Assembly (NCBI RefSeq): GCF_001194135.2
Contig: NC_068993.1
Coordinates: forward strand, 54,391,908 to 54,455,907
Direction of reading: 5' to 3'
DNA from: Octopus bimaculoides
Lineage: Eukaryota
Length of the DNA: 64,000 nucleotides
Part shown: one piece after another, positions 50,301 through 64,000 of the stretch
How the letters are laid out: each line of letters begins with the position of its first letter
Position numbering within the stretch: position 1 is the stretch's first letter
The notes under the pieces: generated by a model
The model's database searches: none
What the model was told of the DNA's origin: nothing
What the model saw: only the letters and a program-made list of their open reading frames with translations
Position numbers and translations under genes: made by a program

Positions 50301-52740
50301 AGTATGTGTGTGTACATACTGTAGAAAACGTTAATGATCCGACAATAAGAAGGGGAAGAAAATATGTAATTAGAATGAAAATTGTTTCTACATTTTGAAA
50401 GGAATATGATTCATTACGTTTAGAAGATTAAATTAGTTAAATTACATTAGTCATAAGCGGAAATATGATCCGAACATCAGTGGTTGAAGCAGGCCGAGAC
50501 ACTTAAAGCAGACGTCAGTTCTCCATGTTATAACATTCTCCATCTTAGTTGTGCTGTGTAGATTAGTTTTGTTCGAGAGTCGATTTACAATAAACATGTA
50601 GCCTTGATAGGAAAATAATTGGGAGGGAAACAATTTCTTGAGACCAGCCAGCAGTATGAGCGGATCAGAAGTGGTCCATTAATGAAATGACGAAGGAAAT
50701 TAATATGTTTAATAACATTGCATTGAAGCAGAATGGCAGGGAAAGATGGTTGACATAACAGGACACCCAACTAACAAAGCGATAGTATTTCCTACGCTTT
50801 TCTCTATTCTTGGCAGACAAATCTCGCCACAATCGACTTCGGATCGATAAAAATGTAGCAGTAACACACAAGGGTTATTTTAATCAACTATAGCAATCAC
50901 TTACGTCGCCGCCGTCGTTGTTGTTGTTGAGAGGCTAAGTTGATCACAGCGTGATTTGAACCATTACATTCCGAGTTCAAATTTAACTGATGTTAATTTT
51001 GCCTTTCAAACCTTCCGGGGTCGATAAATAAAGAACTGGTCAAGTACTGGAATAGATTTACTCAACTAAGCTCTCTCCTACTCTGGACTCTGAACCAATA
51101 TCTTTTACGTTTTGAGTTTAAAATCCGCCGAGGTCGACTTTGCCTTTCATCATTTCGGGGTCGATAAATTAAGTACCAGTCAAGGGCAACCTGCTGTAGA
51201 AACCATGCTAAAGCAAGCAATGGAGCATAATGCAGTCCTTGGGCCTATCGGATCCTGTCGAACTTTCCAACCTATGCCAGCATCGAAAGAAGGACGTATG
51301 ATGATTTACTGAGAGTAAACCTGCAACGGATCGGCGTCCCGTCCAGAGAGAAATATCTACGCTAGAGAAACTGAGAAAGCGGCCCTATGCTCCTTACAAA
51401 GTGATGTGGACTAATCTCTAATCCATCCCCACCAAAAGAAATTTTTGGTTTTGTGCCAAAATTTGAAACCGTTGTTATTTGCTACATTTTGGAGCAGTCA
51501 CAGAAGCTGCAAAACGAAACAAGGACAGAAGACCTTTTCCATGGATTAACTTTCATCGCTCGTTTTACCTCAAAATAGATAAGACAGGATGGGAAGAAAC
51601 AGCACCATCGACACCAAGCATTAATGTCAACACCAAAAACAAGAGTAAGAACAGCAAAACAAGAGAATGATAAAGACATAAGGAGAAGAAGGAAGAGGAG
51701 GAGGGGTGGTTGGTGGTGTTATCATCACTTATGTTAGAACTATTAGTTAAGGTTAATCCCTGTAAATTAACAAGGATGTTGAGAACAGCTTATATGATAT
51801 GGCTGACTAAACTGAACAAATAAAACCGTATCATTGGAACAGCACTTATCTAGATCTCTCTAGCAGACTATAAAGATACACACACGCACGCACACACACA
51901 TACACACATACTCGCACATACACACATACATAAACACCGCACACAAATATCAGTACACACACATACACATATATGTAGAATGTGTAGAAATGAATAAATG
52001 TACGAGTTTCCTGAAAGTGTGTGTGTGCGCGTGCGCGGGATGTGTGTGTATGTGTGCGCACGCGGGGATGCGTGTGTATGTGTGCGCATGTACGTGAGAG
52101 AGTGTGTGTATGCGTATGTGTGTGTTTATGCATGTGAGAGTGTGTGTGTATGCGTAATGTGTGTTTGTGTGTGTACGGGGGATGTGTGTGTATGTATGTG
52201 AGAGTGTGTATGTGTATGCGTAATGTGTGTGTGTGTGTATTTATACACAAGCGTGAAATTAATAACACCTTTCTGAAAACCTGTCCCTTTTGTTATTTTT
52301 TCTTGCTTTTGCTCATACATATAAACACACACACACACACACACACACTCATACACATATAAAGGGGACAGCCTAAAAATGCGTACTGCACTGGAACCAA
52401 CGACATGAAAGAGAGAAACGTAAAAGAGGGCAACGGTTATCAAACTCACCAGTTTACAGAAAAGCAACAACAGAACGTGGGCAGTTGAAACAACAAAAGT
52501 AATAGCGGTGCCCTCAACACGATCACAAACCTTGGACTGGAACTTACAAAGGTATAAAAGGGCGCAGTATTTGATGGCAAAACTAACTAAATAAATAAAT
52601 GAGCACGGTTGTATTTGACGCACCCCAGTTTCAACAGCAAATATTTAAGGAAGAGAGTTTGTAGTGCATTAAGGCTCAACCTCATATATGGGAACCGGGT
52701 AAATTTTAGGTATTAGATATAGTATATATATCTAATAATT

Positions 52741-53615
52741 ACAGGCGCGGTTGTAGCTGTGTGGTAAGAGACTTGCTTCCCAACTACATGGTACCGGGTT
52801 CAGTCCCACTGCGTGAAGTGTCTTCTGCTATAGCTTCGGGCTGATCAAAGCCTTGTGAGTGGATTTTGATAGACGGAAACTGAAAGAAGTCCGTCGTATA
52901 TTCTTTTATTTTTTTTTACTTGTTTCAGTCATTTGACTGCAGCCATGCTGGAGCACCGCCTTTGGTCGAATCAAATCGACCCCAGGACTTATTCTTTGTA
53001 AGTCTCGCACTTATTCTATCGGTCTCTTTTGCCGAACCGCTAAGTTACGGGGACCTAAACACACCAGCATCGGCTGTCAAGCGATGTTGGGGGGTGGGCA
53101 CACACAGATACACTACATATACACACACATACATATGCATATATATATATACATATATACGACGGGTTTCTTTCAGTTTCCGTCTATCAAATCCACTCAC
53201 AAGGCTTTGGTCGGCCCGAGGCTTCAGTGGGACTGAACCCGGAACCATGTGGCTGGTAGGCAAGCTACTTACCACACAGCCACTCCTGCGTCTATAAACA
53301 TAAAGACAGACGAAATACCGTTAAGCATTTCGCCCGGGGCACTAACGTTTCTGCCAGCTCGCCGCCTTATATGTATGTATATTATGTGTGTGTGTGTGTG
53401 TGCGTGTCTGTGTTTGTCTCCCACCACCGCTTGACAACCGGTGTTGGTGTCTTTACGTCGCCGTAACTTAGGAGCTTGACAAAAAAAAAAAGCGATTGAA
53501 TAAGTACCAGGCTTAAAAAAAAAGTACTGGGATCGATTCATTCGACTAAAATTTCGCAACGTATTGCTCCAGCATGGCCGCAGTCTCACGACCGAAACAA
53601 ACAAGAGAAAAAAGA
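52741..53615. mobile_element. Nested SINE cluster: a minus-strand type B copy and a type A head inside a plus-strand type B copy
   Basis: Plus 5' half 52741-52903; minus full copy 52905-53295; minus type A head 53302-53368; plus 3' half 53405-53615. Confidence 0.75.
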
Positions 53616-55265
53616 AAATAAACTACGTATATCTATCTATCTAAACCCGCTGCCATTCACCGCTCGCCATAATCATTTATAATACACCAACGATATAGAC
53701 CGGTCTTATTAAAAGGTCAATGCCTGACCGAATATTTCTCTGTCACATGGCTATCTATTCAGACTGATGTCGACACTTGACCTCTAACCGTACAAAGGTT
53801 AACTGGGGCTGTTCAGCCCTGCTTAAGCTGGTAGTAGTTAAATAATAGGAATTTGACATGATAGGGGTTACGTGGGAGGAGAGGTTGAGAACGGCAGAAT
53901 GATGCCTTAATTTGTGTCACAATTCAGTTTGAATGCGGTTTATGACATCATTGAAACATAACGATGCGAGGACTCGGCATGGCGGTATTGGATCTTGAGT
54001 GTATCTGTGTGCATGGGAGGTGTCTATGCGTGGATAAGCGAGTGATCGTCTGTGTGTGTGTGTGTGTGTAAGTGCATCTTTTTATGTGTATAAGAGTGAG
54101 AATATGATTTGAAAGATAGAAAGAGAACGGGAGAGATAGAGAGTGAGAAAGAAAGACAGAGAAAGAAGGAGAGAGAGAGAGACTGTATGTGAAATCCGCG
54201 AGAAGAACTATCAAAAGCCTTTACCGCGATGTATTGTATGTATGTATGTATGTGTGTGTTTATGTTTGTATGTATGTATGAATGTATGTGTGTATGTGCG
54301 TACGTACGTATTTATGTGTGTGTATGTGTAAACACATGTATACATATGTATTTATACACTTGCACGCGCAAGCACACTGTTATGATACCCGGTATTGTCC
54401 GGAAGAAACAGACGACTTAGTTGGTGGCCAATTTCTCGAAAGAGAACCGTTTTGGTTCTTTATAAATGTATAAGCATGGAATACAACGTTTGTTTTTGCA
54501 ACAGAGAAACGGAAAAACAACAACAACAATACCAATCTATTCTATCAAAACTGCGACAGACGATTCCCAGCGAAAGGCTTCGTGATAAACAACGTTCAAA
54601 GGTTTCTCGCTTTGAGCATTGACATATGCTTCCATAATACATACATCATTGACACTTCAACATATAAACAAATATTTAAAACTATTGAAAGAAATTTTTA
54701 GCGGCAGCTTGAATTAAGGGTTTTGCTAATTGTATTAACTGAATAGAAAGTGGCGTGCCCACTATTGACACGGATAGGAATAAAATAAATATTTGAAATG
54801 AACGATGGTGAAAAATGTTTAAATATCAAAAAAGATTTACGTTTTTAAATAAAGAAAGGAAATAAATGAAAAAAAAAAAAAAGAAAATCATTCTATGCAT
54901 AGTGTTCCCATAATATATACGATTCCAATTTTGCAAGAGAGTATTATCTTAACGAATAAAAAAAAAAAAAAGAAAAAAAATATTTAATCCTTGGAGCAGA
55001 TTATATGACTAGAAGTATCTCTAGCGACAGAACTGAGCGACTAAGATAAAGGAAGTTAACAGAAAGAAGTAATGGATAGGAACTGAATTGCATTTATATG
55101 CTTAGGAGGGCTGTGTGGTAAGAAGCTTGCTTCCCAACCATATAGTTCCAGGTTCAGTCCCACTGCGTGACACCTTGGGCAAGTGTCTTCTATTATAGCC
55201 TCGGGCCGACCAAAGTATTGTGAGTGGATTTGGTAGACGGAAACTGAAAGAAACCCGTTGCACAG

Positions 55266-55305
<40 letters not shown>

Positions 55306-57807
55306 ATATATTTGTATGCTTGTGTCTGTGTTTGTCCCCCACCATCGCTTGACAACCGATGTTGGTGTGTTANNNNNNNNNNNNNNNNNNNNNNNNNNNN
55401 NNNNNNNNNNNNNNNNNNNNNNNNNNNNNNNNNNNNNNNNNNNNNNNNNNNNNNNNNNNNNNNNNNNNNNNNNNNNNNNNNNNNNNNNNNNNNNNNNNNN
55501 NNNNNNNNNNNNNNNNNNNNNNNNNNNNNNNNNNNNNNNNNNNNNNNNNNNNNNNNNNNNNNNNNNNNNNNNNNNNNNNNNNNNNNNNNNNNNNNNNNNN
55601 NNNNNNNNNNNNNNNNNNNNNNNNNNNNNNNNNNNNNNNNNNNNNNNNNNNNNNNNNNNNNNNNNNNNNNNNNNNNNNNNNNNNNNNNNNNNNNNNNNNN
55701 NNNNNNNNNNNNNNNNNNNNNNNNNNNNNNNNNNNNNNNNNNNNNNNNNNNNNNNNNNNNNNNNNNNNNNNNNNNNNNNNNNNNNNNNNNNNNNNNNNNN
55801 NNNNNNNNNNNNNNNNNNNNNNNNNNNNNNNNNNNNNNNNNNNNNNNNNNNNNNNNNNNNNNNNNNNNNNNNNNNNNNNNNNNNNNNNNNNNNNNNNNNN
55901 NNNNNNNNNNNNNNNNNNNNNNNNNNNNNNNNNNNNNNNNNNNNNNNNNNNNNNNNNNNNNNNNNNNNNNNNNNNNNNNNNNNNNNNNNNNNNNNNNNNN
56001 NNNNNNNNNNNNNNNNNNNNNNNNNNNNNNNNNNNNNNNNNNNNNNNNNNNNNNNNNNNNNNNNNNNNNNNNNNNNNNNNNNNNNNNNNNNNNNNNNNNN
56101 NNNNNNNNNNNNNNNNNNNNNNNNNNNTATATATATAGTATAAATATATATATATAATATAAATGTATATATATATATAATATGTGTATATATCTATATA
56201 TATAATATAGATATATATACACATACACACACACACATATATATATGTAAACACACGTACGCGCGCGCGGACACACATTGAGATGTATATATTAATTTAT
56301 ATTCTAAGTTCAATTCCAACCAAGGTTAGCTTTTGCCTTTCATTTCTCTGAGGTCTATAAAATAAAGTATCAGTCCAAGTCCCTAACAGTCGATATGATC
56401 GACTGTCCCCAATTTTCTGACCTTGTATATAATTCATAAATAATTTAGATTCATCATCATCATCATTATTATTATTATTATTATTATCATTTTTACTATT
56501 TTAATAACTTTATTATATTGTTTTCGAAACAATAAGTTTTAATGCTTTTAATAAATACAATGATTGTATATATTGTAATTTAATTTTAACTTAATTGCTG
56601 ATTATAATTAGATCTTTTTTTTTAAAAGTAAAAACAATATGCTGTTTAACATTCTTAACTTTTAATCTGGCAGGATTAACTTTATGTTGCTAAGCTATTT
56701 TGCAAATAATCTTAACTTCAAATATATTTTCAGCTTTCAAGTTTTGAGGTAATTAATACAAATATTCAAATAGTGTGCGAAACGCTCGTTGTATAAAGTT
56801 AATCGATTGTCAAGCCAGTGCAACATCTAACTACGAAATTTCCAGAACATGAACAATGGCTTGGTGTCTTTATTTCCGGAAATTAAGACAGCGAGCTGGC
56901 AGAATCGTTAGAGCGCAGGATAAAATGCTTAGCGACGTTTCTTTACGTCCTGAGTTCAAATGCTTCCGAGGTCGACTTTGCCTTTCATTCTTTCGGGGTC
57001 GATGAAATAAGTACCAGCTGCACAGAATTGTTTGTTTGTTTGTTTGTTCGTTCGTTCGGCCAACATTTCGGGCCTTGCGTCTATATTAGAAAAGATTACA
57101 TTTGTTCCTCACCACCACTTTGATAACCGATGCTGGTGTGTTTACGTCACCATAACTTTAGCGGTTCGGCATAACATGCCGATAAAATATGTACCAGGTT
57201 AAGAAGAAATAAGTACCGGAGTCGATTCGTTCGACTAGAATTCTTCGAGGCGGTGCCCCAGCATCGATGTAATCTAATGACTGAAACAAATAAAAAATTC
57301 ACTTCTAGATTTTATGTTCCGAGTTCAAATCCCTACGAGGTTGACTTTCCCTTTCATACCTTCGGGGTCGATAAACTTAGTACCAGTGAAATATGGAGGT
57401 CGATGTAATCGAATTCTCCTCAAAAACTGCTGGTCCAGTGCAAAAATTTGAAACTATTGTTGATGAATATTAAGGTGGTGACTTGGTAGAATTGTTTGTT
57501 TGTTTGTTCGTTCGGCCAACATGTTTAGCAGCATTTCATCTGGTTCTTTATGTTCTGAGATCAAATTCCGTCGAGGTCGACGGTGACAGTACGTTTTGGC
57601 ACTGGAAATAAACACACACGCATGCGACCATACACACACACACGCACAGAAATATACAGATAGGGGATAGATTGATTGATTGATAGCTAGCTAGATAGAT
57701 AGATAGACAGACAGATAGATAGGTAGATAGAGATTATAATTCATGAGCATAATTGACATAAACACTTTCGCAACCTCATACACATAGAAAAGAAAAACTG
57801 ACTCTCT

Positions 57808-58110
57808 GTCGATTACGACGACGAGGATTCCAGTTGATCCGATCAACGGAACAGCTTGATCGTGAAATTAACATGCAAATGGCTGAGCACTCCATAGACA
57901 CACACACATAACCTTAATGTAGTTCACAGGGAGATTCAGTGTGACAAGGTTGGCCCTTTTAATTACAGGTACTACTCATTTTTACCAGCTAAGTAGACTG
58001 GAGCAACGTGAAATAAGGTGTCTTACTCAAGGACGCAACGCGCCACCAGGAATCGAACTCGCGACATTAGAATCGTGAGCCGAATGCCCAAATCACTAAA
58101 CCACGCGCCA
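57808..58110 (-). mobile_element. SINE type D, full length
   Basis: Similar to 4887-5178 and 36445-36705. Confidence 0.75.
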
Positions 58111-58978
58111 TCACGAAAGAGAAATATGCACACATCCACATAAACAAGGGTGAGTGTGTGAGAGAGTGAGAGAGGGGGGGGGGGTAAGGGAGAGAAGAGA
58201 AATATTAAAAAGTCTGATGTCAAATAAGTCAGCATCGAATCAGCGACGCCAAAACGTGTCATAACTTTATTTCTGGGTATTTAATTTGGAGTCGAAGAAG
58301 AAACGAACGTCTCAATTATTTCGGAGAGAAAATATAGATGGGGGTATTTGGCGTGTGAGCAATTAGTTCCCACCAGGATATAACGATAGCCTACAGCTTC
58401 TTAAGTTTTCCAAACGGACAAGCTAGAAACGAGATGAAAGGAAGCGTCACGAACAAAATGTCAATTCAAAGGTTGTTGTTGAAAAGGAATCGATGCCATT
58501 AGTTATATTGCAAAGGAAAGGAATGTTAACAGTCTATAAATTTTATATATACATATGTTAACAGCCAATATATTGTGTATATACAGATGTTAACTGCCTA
58601 TATATTAACAATCTGTTAATAGTTAAAAGTCTATATAACTGACTTATGTTTAAGTGTGGAGTAAGAGGAGAATTAAGGAAGCGAGGTTTCTTTCTTCGAA
58701 TGTGTGTGCGTGTGGGGGGAGGGAGAAAGAGAGAGGGAAGATATTGCGAAAGAAGGGAAGAAACAAAGACATTGTTTCACAGAAATATCGCTAGCTATCT
58801 AGAGAGATAGACAGACAGATAGGTAGATAGATAGATAGATAGATAGATAGAGAGAGAGATAGAGAGAGAGAGTGAGAGGAGGGCAGGAGGAGGAAGAGTT
58901 AAAGGCATGGAGAAACTGAAAAAAATTAATTTCAAAATTAGATGTGAGCCAAATACAGAGTTTAAACTTTGAACTTAC

Positions 58979-58985
58979 GCGACAT
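58979..58985 (-). CDS. Otop: Candidate first coding exon of otopetrin (ATG TCG C, then GTAAGT)
   Basis: Consensus donor, ATG 7 nt upstream giving the required phase 1, and an in-frame TAA just upstream. No homology support, and such donors occur by chance. Confidence 0.3.
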
Positions 58986-59153
58986 TCCAAATTAACATTG
59001 TGTTATTCCGATACAATTTCACCATTTGTAGTTTCCTTAAATACACCACTTGTCCACCGTCAATTTTAGACTGAATTCAACAATTTTGCTAATTTTCTCT
59101 GCTAAATAATTTCTCTCGTCTTTGAACGTTATCAAGGTCAATAGGATGAGAGA

Positions 59154-59205
<52 letters not shown>

Positions 59206-59784
59206 GTTGTTGTGATGGCAGTGTCGGGGAGACACAACAGGAAAGAGCGAGACAAGTGGCCCTGTCAAGATACTGGAATTTGTCATCGTTAATATCTGAT
59301 AATTATGTTAAGGCTTGTGATTATCCTTTTGTAAGGGTTTTCTCTTCTGATTGAAGAGGCGTTTGGACGTAAACGATGTTGATGACAATATGGCCAGGAC
59401 GCTGTTACGAGTCATGTTGAGCCAGGGTTGTTATGAATAAGAAGATGCGATAATGTTATTACAGCGAAGTTATGACAGTAGACAGTGTATTATAACTGAT
59501 ATTATGACAAAAGTTTATGACAGTGTTGTTAAGAGAGTGATGTTACATCAATGTTGTCATTACAGTAACGATACAGCAATGTTTTTTTTTATGAAAGTGT
59601 CGTTACGCCTGTGCCTTTACGACAGCGATTCTTTTACAATGTAATAACAGATGTTACGATAGTGTGACTGTTATAACAATGATATAATATTTATATTATA
59701 ACAGTGAAACTATGACAGTGTTGTTATTATAGTGAAGTCACGACTATTCTTATTACATTGATGTGTTATGTTACAGTTATGAGG

Positions 59785-60051
59785 TGGAGGCGCAATGGCT
59801 CAGTGGTTAGGGTAGCAAACTCGCGGTCATAGGATCGCGGTTTCGATTCCCAGACCGGGCGTTGTGAGTGTTTATTGAGCGAAAACACCTAAAGCTCCAC
59901 GAAGCTCCGGCAGGGGATGGTGGCGAACCCTCCTGTACTCTTTCACCACAACTTTCTCTCACTCTTACTTCCTGTTTCTGTTGTGCCTGTAATTCAAAGG
60001 GTCAGCCTTGTCACACTGTGTCACGCTGAATATCCTCGAGAACTACGTTAA
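59785..60051 (+). mobile_element. SINE type C, truncated by assembly gap
   Basis: Highly similar to 21510-21875. Confidence 0.8.
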
Positions 60052-61038
60052 NNNNNNNNNNNNNNNNNNNNNNNNNNNNNNNNNNNNNNNNNNNNNNNNN
60101 NNNNNNNNNNNNNNNNNNNNNNNNNNNNNNNNNNNNNNNNNNNNNNNNNNNNNNNNNNNNNNNNNNNNNNNNNNNNNNNNNNNNNNNNNNNNNNNNNNNN
60201 NNNNNNNNNNNNNNNNNNNNNNNNNNNNNNNNNNNNNNNNNNNNNNNNNNNNNNNNNNNNNNNNNNNNNNNNNNNNNNNNNNNNNNNNNNNNNNNNNNNN
60301 NNNNNNNNNNNNNNNNNNNNNNNNNNNNNNNNNNNNNNNNNNNNNNNNNNNNNNNNNNNNNNNNNNNNNNNNNNNNNNNNNNNNNNNNNNNNNNNNNNNN
60401 NNNNNNNNNNNNNNNNNNNNNNNNNNNNNNNNNNNNNNNNNNNNNNNNNNNNNNNNNNNNNNNNNNNNNNNNNNNNNNNNNNNNNNNNNNNNNNNNNNNN
60501 NNNNNNNNNNNNNNNNNNNNNNNNNNNNNNNNNNNNNNNNNNNNNNNNNNNNNNNNNNNNNNNNNNNNNNNNNNNNNNNNNNNNNNNNNNNNNNNNNNNN
60601 NNNNNNNNNNNNNNNNNNNNNNNNNNNNNNNNNNNNNNNNNNNNNNNNNNNNNNNNNNNNNNNNNNNNNNNNNNNNNNNNNNNNNNNNNNNNNNNNNNNN
60701 NNNNNNNNNNNNNNNNNNNNNNNNNNNNNNNNNNNNNNNNNNNNNNNNNNNNNNNNNNNNNNNNNNNNNNNNNNNNNNNNNNNNNNNNNNNNNNNNNNNN
60801 NNNNNNNNNNNNNNNNNNNNNNNNNNNNNNNNNNNNNNNNNNNNNNNNNNNNNNNNNNNNNNNNNNNNNNNNNNNNNNNNNNNNNNNNNNNNNNNNNNNN
60901 NNNNNNNNNNNNNNNNNNNNNNNNNNNNNNNNNNNNNNNNNNNNNNNNNNNNNNNNNNNNNNNNNNNNNNNNNNNNNNNNNNNNNNNNNNNNNNNNNNNN
61001 NNNNNNNNTATATATATATATATATATGTAAATACATA

Positions 61039-61071
<33 letters not shown>

Positions 61072-61720
61072 GCACACATATATCCATGTAAGTGTAAGTA
61101 TGTGTGTGTATACACGTGTGTATGTGTGAATATGTGTGTGTATGCGTACGTATATATATGTGTGTGTGTACGCGTGCGTATATGTGTGTAGGTGTGTGTG
61201 TGTATGCGTGCATATGTGCGTTGATGTGTGTGTGTGTGTGGATACATGCAGAGTAGGGCTATATTTGAGTGGTCGCCACAGTGAGGTAATTATTGTTAAA
61301 ACAAGACAAACAGGACGATAAAAGTTAGGATATTATCAGATCAAAGAAGATTTATTTTACAGAGATACCAGGGTACGCAATTAGCTCAGAAGCACACTCG
61401 CACATACATGTATGCATACATATATGCCTTGTATACGTACACACGCACATATACATATGCGTCTGCGTGTCACACTATTGGATAAAGTACACTTAAGACT
61501 TTTTATGTCTTTACTGCTTTGGTGTTCTAAACGAGACAAATGCATAAAATATATAACAACATTTGAACTCGTGTCTCCAGTTTTCACGTCTCAGCGAAAG
61601 TTATTCACGTTGAAGAAGACATTAATAAACCATAAATCTGAAAGACATCAATAAACTCGGTTACGCTAAACAACAAAGTTTTGTCAACTCTATAAGCGAA
61701 CTTACACTGTTGTTTTAAGA

Positions 61721-62005
61721 CATAGGTTCTCAAAGTGGGTGCTACCGCCCGTCGGTGGACGTTCAGACGGTCCAGGTGGGCGCTGGTGCTTAAGGGAGCA
61801 GTAGAGAAAAAGGAGGCGTTGGGAAGAAAGCAGTGGATTGGGGGAGGCTATGAATTTATTATAATATCATTTGTATACAAATTATATATATCAAATATCA
61901 AATGATTGATAGTATATATAAATTAGTAAAATATGGGGGCGCTGAGGGTATTATGTGGCCATGAGGCGGGGCGGGGCGGTGGCCCAAAAAGTTTGAGAAC
62001 CTCTG
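61721..62005. mobile_element. hAT-type MITE, 285 bp
   Basis: TIR cataggttctcaaa versus cagaggttctcaaa (13/14); exact 8-bp TSD ttttaaga at 61713-61720 and 62006-62013. Confidence 0.88.
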
Positions 62006-63408
62006 TTTTAAGACTTACTTCCTGGTTTTGTATCGCGCGTAGGCAGACTCTGCTGTTAAGATAGGTCCGTCATGAAAATCGCTTCAGCTCCCGCTTTGGA
62101 GGGGCGGGCAGCTTTTCTCTGATTGTTGGCTCTGACGAAATGAATACATACTAAGATTGAACACCAGTTTTTGCCCCATTAACTTCAAGTACCATTTGAG
62201 TGGTGAGTGGAAGTTGGGAAGGAGGAGAAATGTTTTACCCCTCCCTGTAGTAAATTTGGTGAAATGTGGGTAAGAAAGGAGAGAATAACTTGAGTGAAAG
62301 GGCCTATTCTCAGCATGGGCCCTATGAACCAAAGGATATACAGTAGGGCGAAGGCATTTGTCTCAACCACGCATTCAGGGTAATTCTATATCTATCGGCT
62401 TCCTTGATCTCAGTTCTCCCCTTGGGACTTCATCATACATGTATATATAAACTATACTATACACACACACACACNNNNNNNNNNNNNNNNNNNNNNNNNN
62501 NNNNNNNNNNNNNNNNNNNNNNNNNNNNNNNNNNNNNNNNNNNNNNNNNNNNNNNNNNNNNNNNNNNNNNNNNNNNNNNNNNNNNNNNNNNNNNNNNNNN
62601 NNNNNNNNNNNNNNNNNNNNNNNNNNNNNNNNNNNNNNNNNNNNNNNNNNNNNNNNNNNNNNNNNNNNNNNNNNNNNNNNNNNNNNNNNNNNNNNNNNNN
62701 NNNNNNNNNNNNNNNNNNNNNNNNNNNNNNNNNNNNNNNNNNNNNNNNNNNNNNNNNNNNNNNNNNNNNNNNNNNNNNNNNNNNNNNNNNNNNNNNNNNN
62801 NNNNNNNNNNNNNNNNNNNNNNNNNNNNNNNNNNNNNNNNNNNNNNNNNNNNNNNNNNNNNNNNNNNNNNNNNNNNNNNNNNNNNNNNNNNNNNNNNNNN
62901 NNNNNNNNNNNNNNNNNNNNNNNNNNNNNNNNNNNNNNNNNNNNNNNNNNNNNNNNNNNNNNNNNNNNNNNNNNNNNNNNNNNNNNNNNNNNNNNNNNNN
63001 NNNNNNNNNNNNNNNNNNNNNNNNNNNNNNNNNNNNNNNNNNNNNNNNNNNNNNNNNNNNNNNNNNNNNNNNNNNNNNNNNNNNNNNNNNNNNNNNNNNN
63101 NNNNNNNNNNNNNNNNNNNNNNNNNNNNNNNNNNNNNNNNNNNNNNNNNNNNNNNNNNNNNNNNNNNNNNNNNNNNNNNNNNNNNNNNNNNNNNNNNNNN
63201 NNNNNNNNNNNNNNNNNNNNNNTAATATTGACTGATTATTGAGATGTGGAGAAAGAAGCGCCCGGAAGCGATGGTGTTGTTTTTATCGATTCACTATAAA
63301 TTGTTAGCAGGAAATAAAATTATCGGATTTGCCAGTCGTCACTTCCGGGTAATTTACTTCCATTTTTTTACCCTCGAAATTGAATTGCATGTTAACAAGA
63401 TACGCACG

Positions 63409-63445
<37 letters not shown>

Positions 63446-63772
63446 ACACACACACGCAGGCACGCACACGCGCGCGCACACACACACACGCACACGCACA
63501 GACACTCACAGAGTCAACAGATGAGATCCAGAAATTCTCAGTATAGAAAACACCTCGTAGCGTTCGAACTTAGAACCCAAGCTGTTATATTTAATTTGTT
63601 TATCCGCATAATTGCCCCTCTTTCTATATGTCTGTCTGTCTGTATGTATGTATGGCTATGTATAAATGTGAGTGTGGTGTGTGTTTGTGTTATACCTAGT
63701 ATTTCAAAAAAAAATTGTGTATCGATGGAATGTTGTAGTCACCAGAGTGACGAAAAGAAAGAAAAAAGGAGA

Positions 63773-63817
<45 letters not shown>

Positions 63818-64000
63818 AGAGAAAGAAAAAGAGAAAGATAAAGAAGATATGGTTGAGAAAGAGAGTGAAGAAGTGGGGGAGGTTTGAATGAGTGCAGGGA
63901 GTTTAAAAATGACACCAAACTCCTTTTTAAATTGAGTTTCAATTTCCATATGTCTTTGTCATTAAAAGCGGCTGCATATATACACACATACATAGCTACA

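Larger units (their letters stand above)
7840..63840. repeat. Pervasive (AT)n, (AC)n, (AG)n, (ATAC)n, (ATCT)n, (AAT)n and (ATG)n microsatellites, usually bordering N gaps
   Basis: Directly visible; they account for the YI, HT, CV and ER ORFs in the track. Confidence 0.95.

Noticed and set aside
54505-54622. Plus-strand peptide YQSILSKLRQTIPSERLRDKQRSKVSRFEH, faintly bHLH/Id-like
   Set aside because: No basic region or second helix, a stop follows immediately, and the similarity is within chance.
59089-59286. Poly-Asn ORF MTNSS...NNNN
   Set aside because: It is driven by an (AAT)n tract, ends in a stop with no usable donor, and is at most 5' UTR sequence.
4553-60051. tRNA-like sequences at SINE 5' ends
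   Set aside because: No complete cloverleaf; each continues into a SINE body.
7746-63993. Numerous track ORFs rich in YI, HT, CV, ER or X
   Set aside because: They are translations of microsatellites or N gaps, not genes.

Overview
AT-rich, microsatellite-dense eukaryotic genomic DNA with many N gaps. The SINE repertoire and simple repeats point to an octopod cephalopod, probably Octopus (inference, no search run). The main gene is a minus-strand otopetrin (OTOP proton-channel family). I reconstructed it by hand from seven GT-AG coding exons (41947 to 25486) whose splice phases all join in frame, giving about 600 aa. A start-codon exon at 58979-58985 is only a candidate. The protein carries substitutions at two normally conserved channel positions (IEY to IQY in TM6, FYRxH to FFRFH in TM12). 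Downstream on the same strand lie two intronless paralogous ORFs of no family I recognise (2582-3715, 377 aa; 9835-11352, 505 aa). They share a gapless 137-aa core at about 59% identity with a synonymous-substitution excess, and two inverted-repeat structures sit between them. The rest is a frameshifted Penelope-like fragment, a mariner transposase relic, three MITEs with TIRs and TSDs (PIF/Harbinger, Tc1/mariner and hAT types), many tRNA-derived SINEs of at least four modular types, a U6 snRNA 3' fragment fused to a SINE tail, minisatellites and microsatellites. Most ORFs in the supplied track are artefacts of simple repeats or gaps. SINE and satellite boundaries are approximate.
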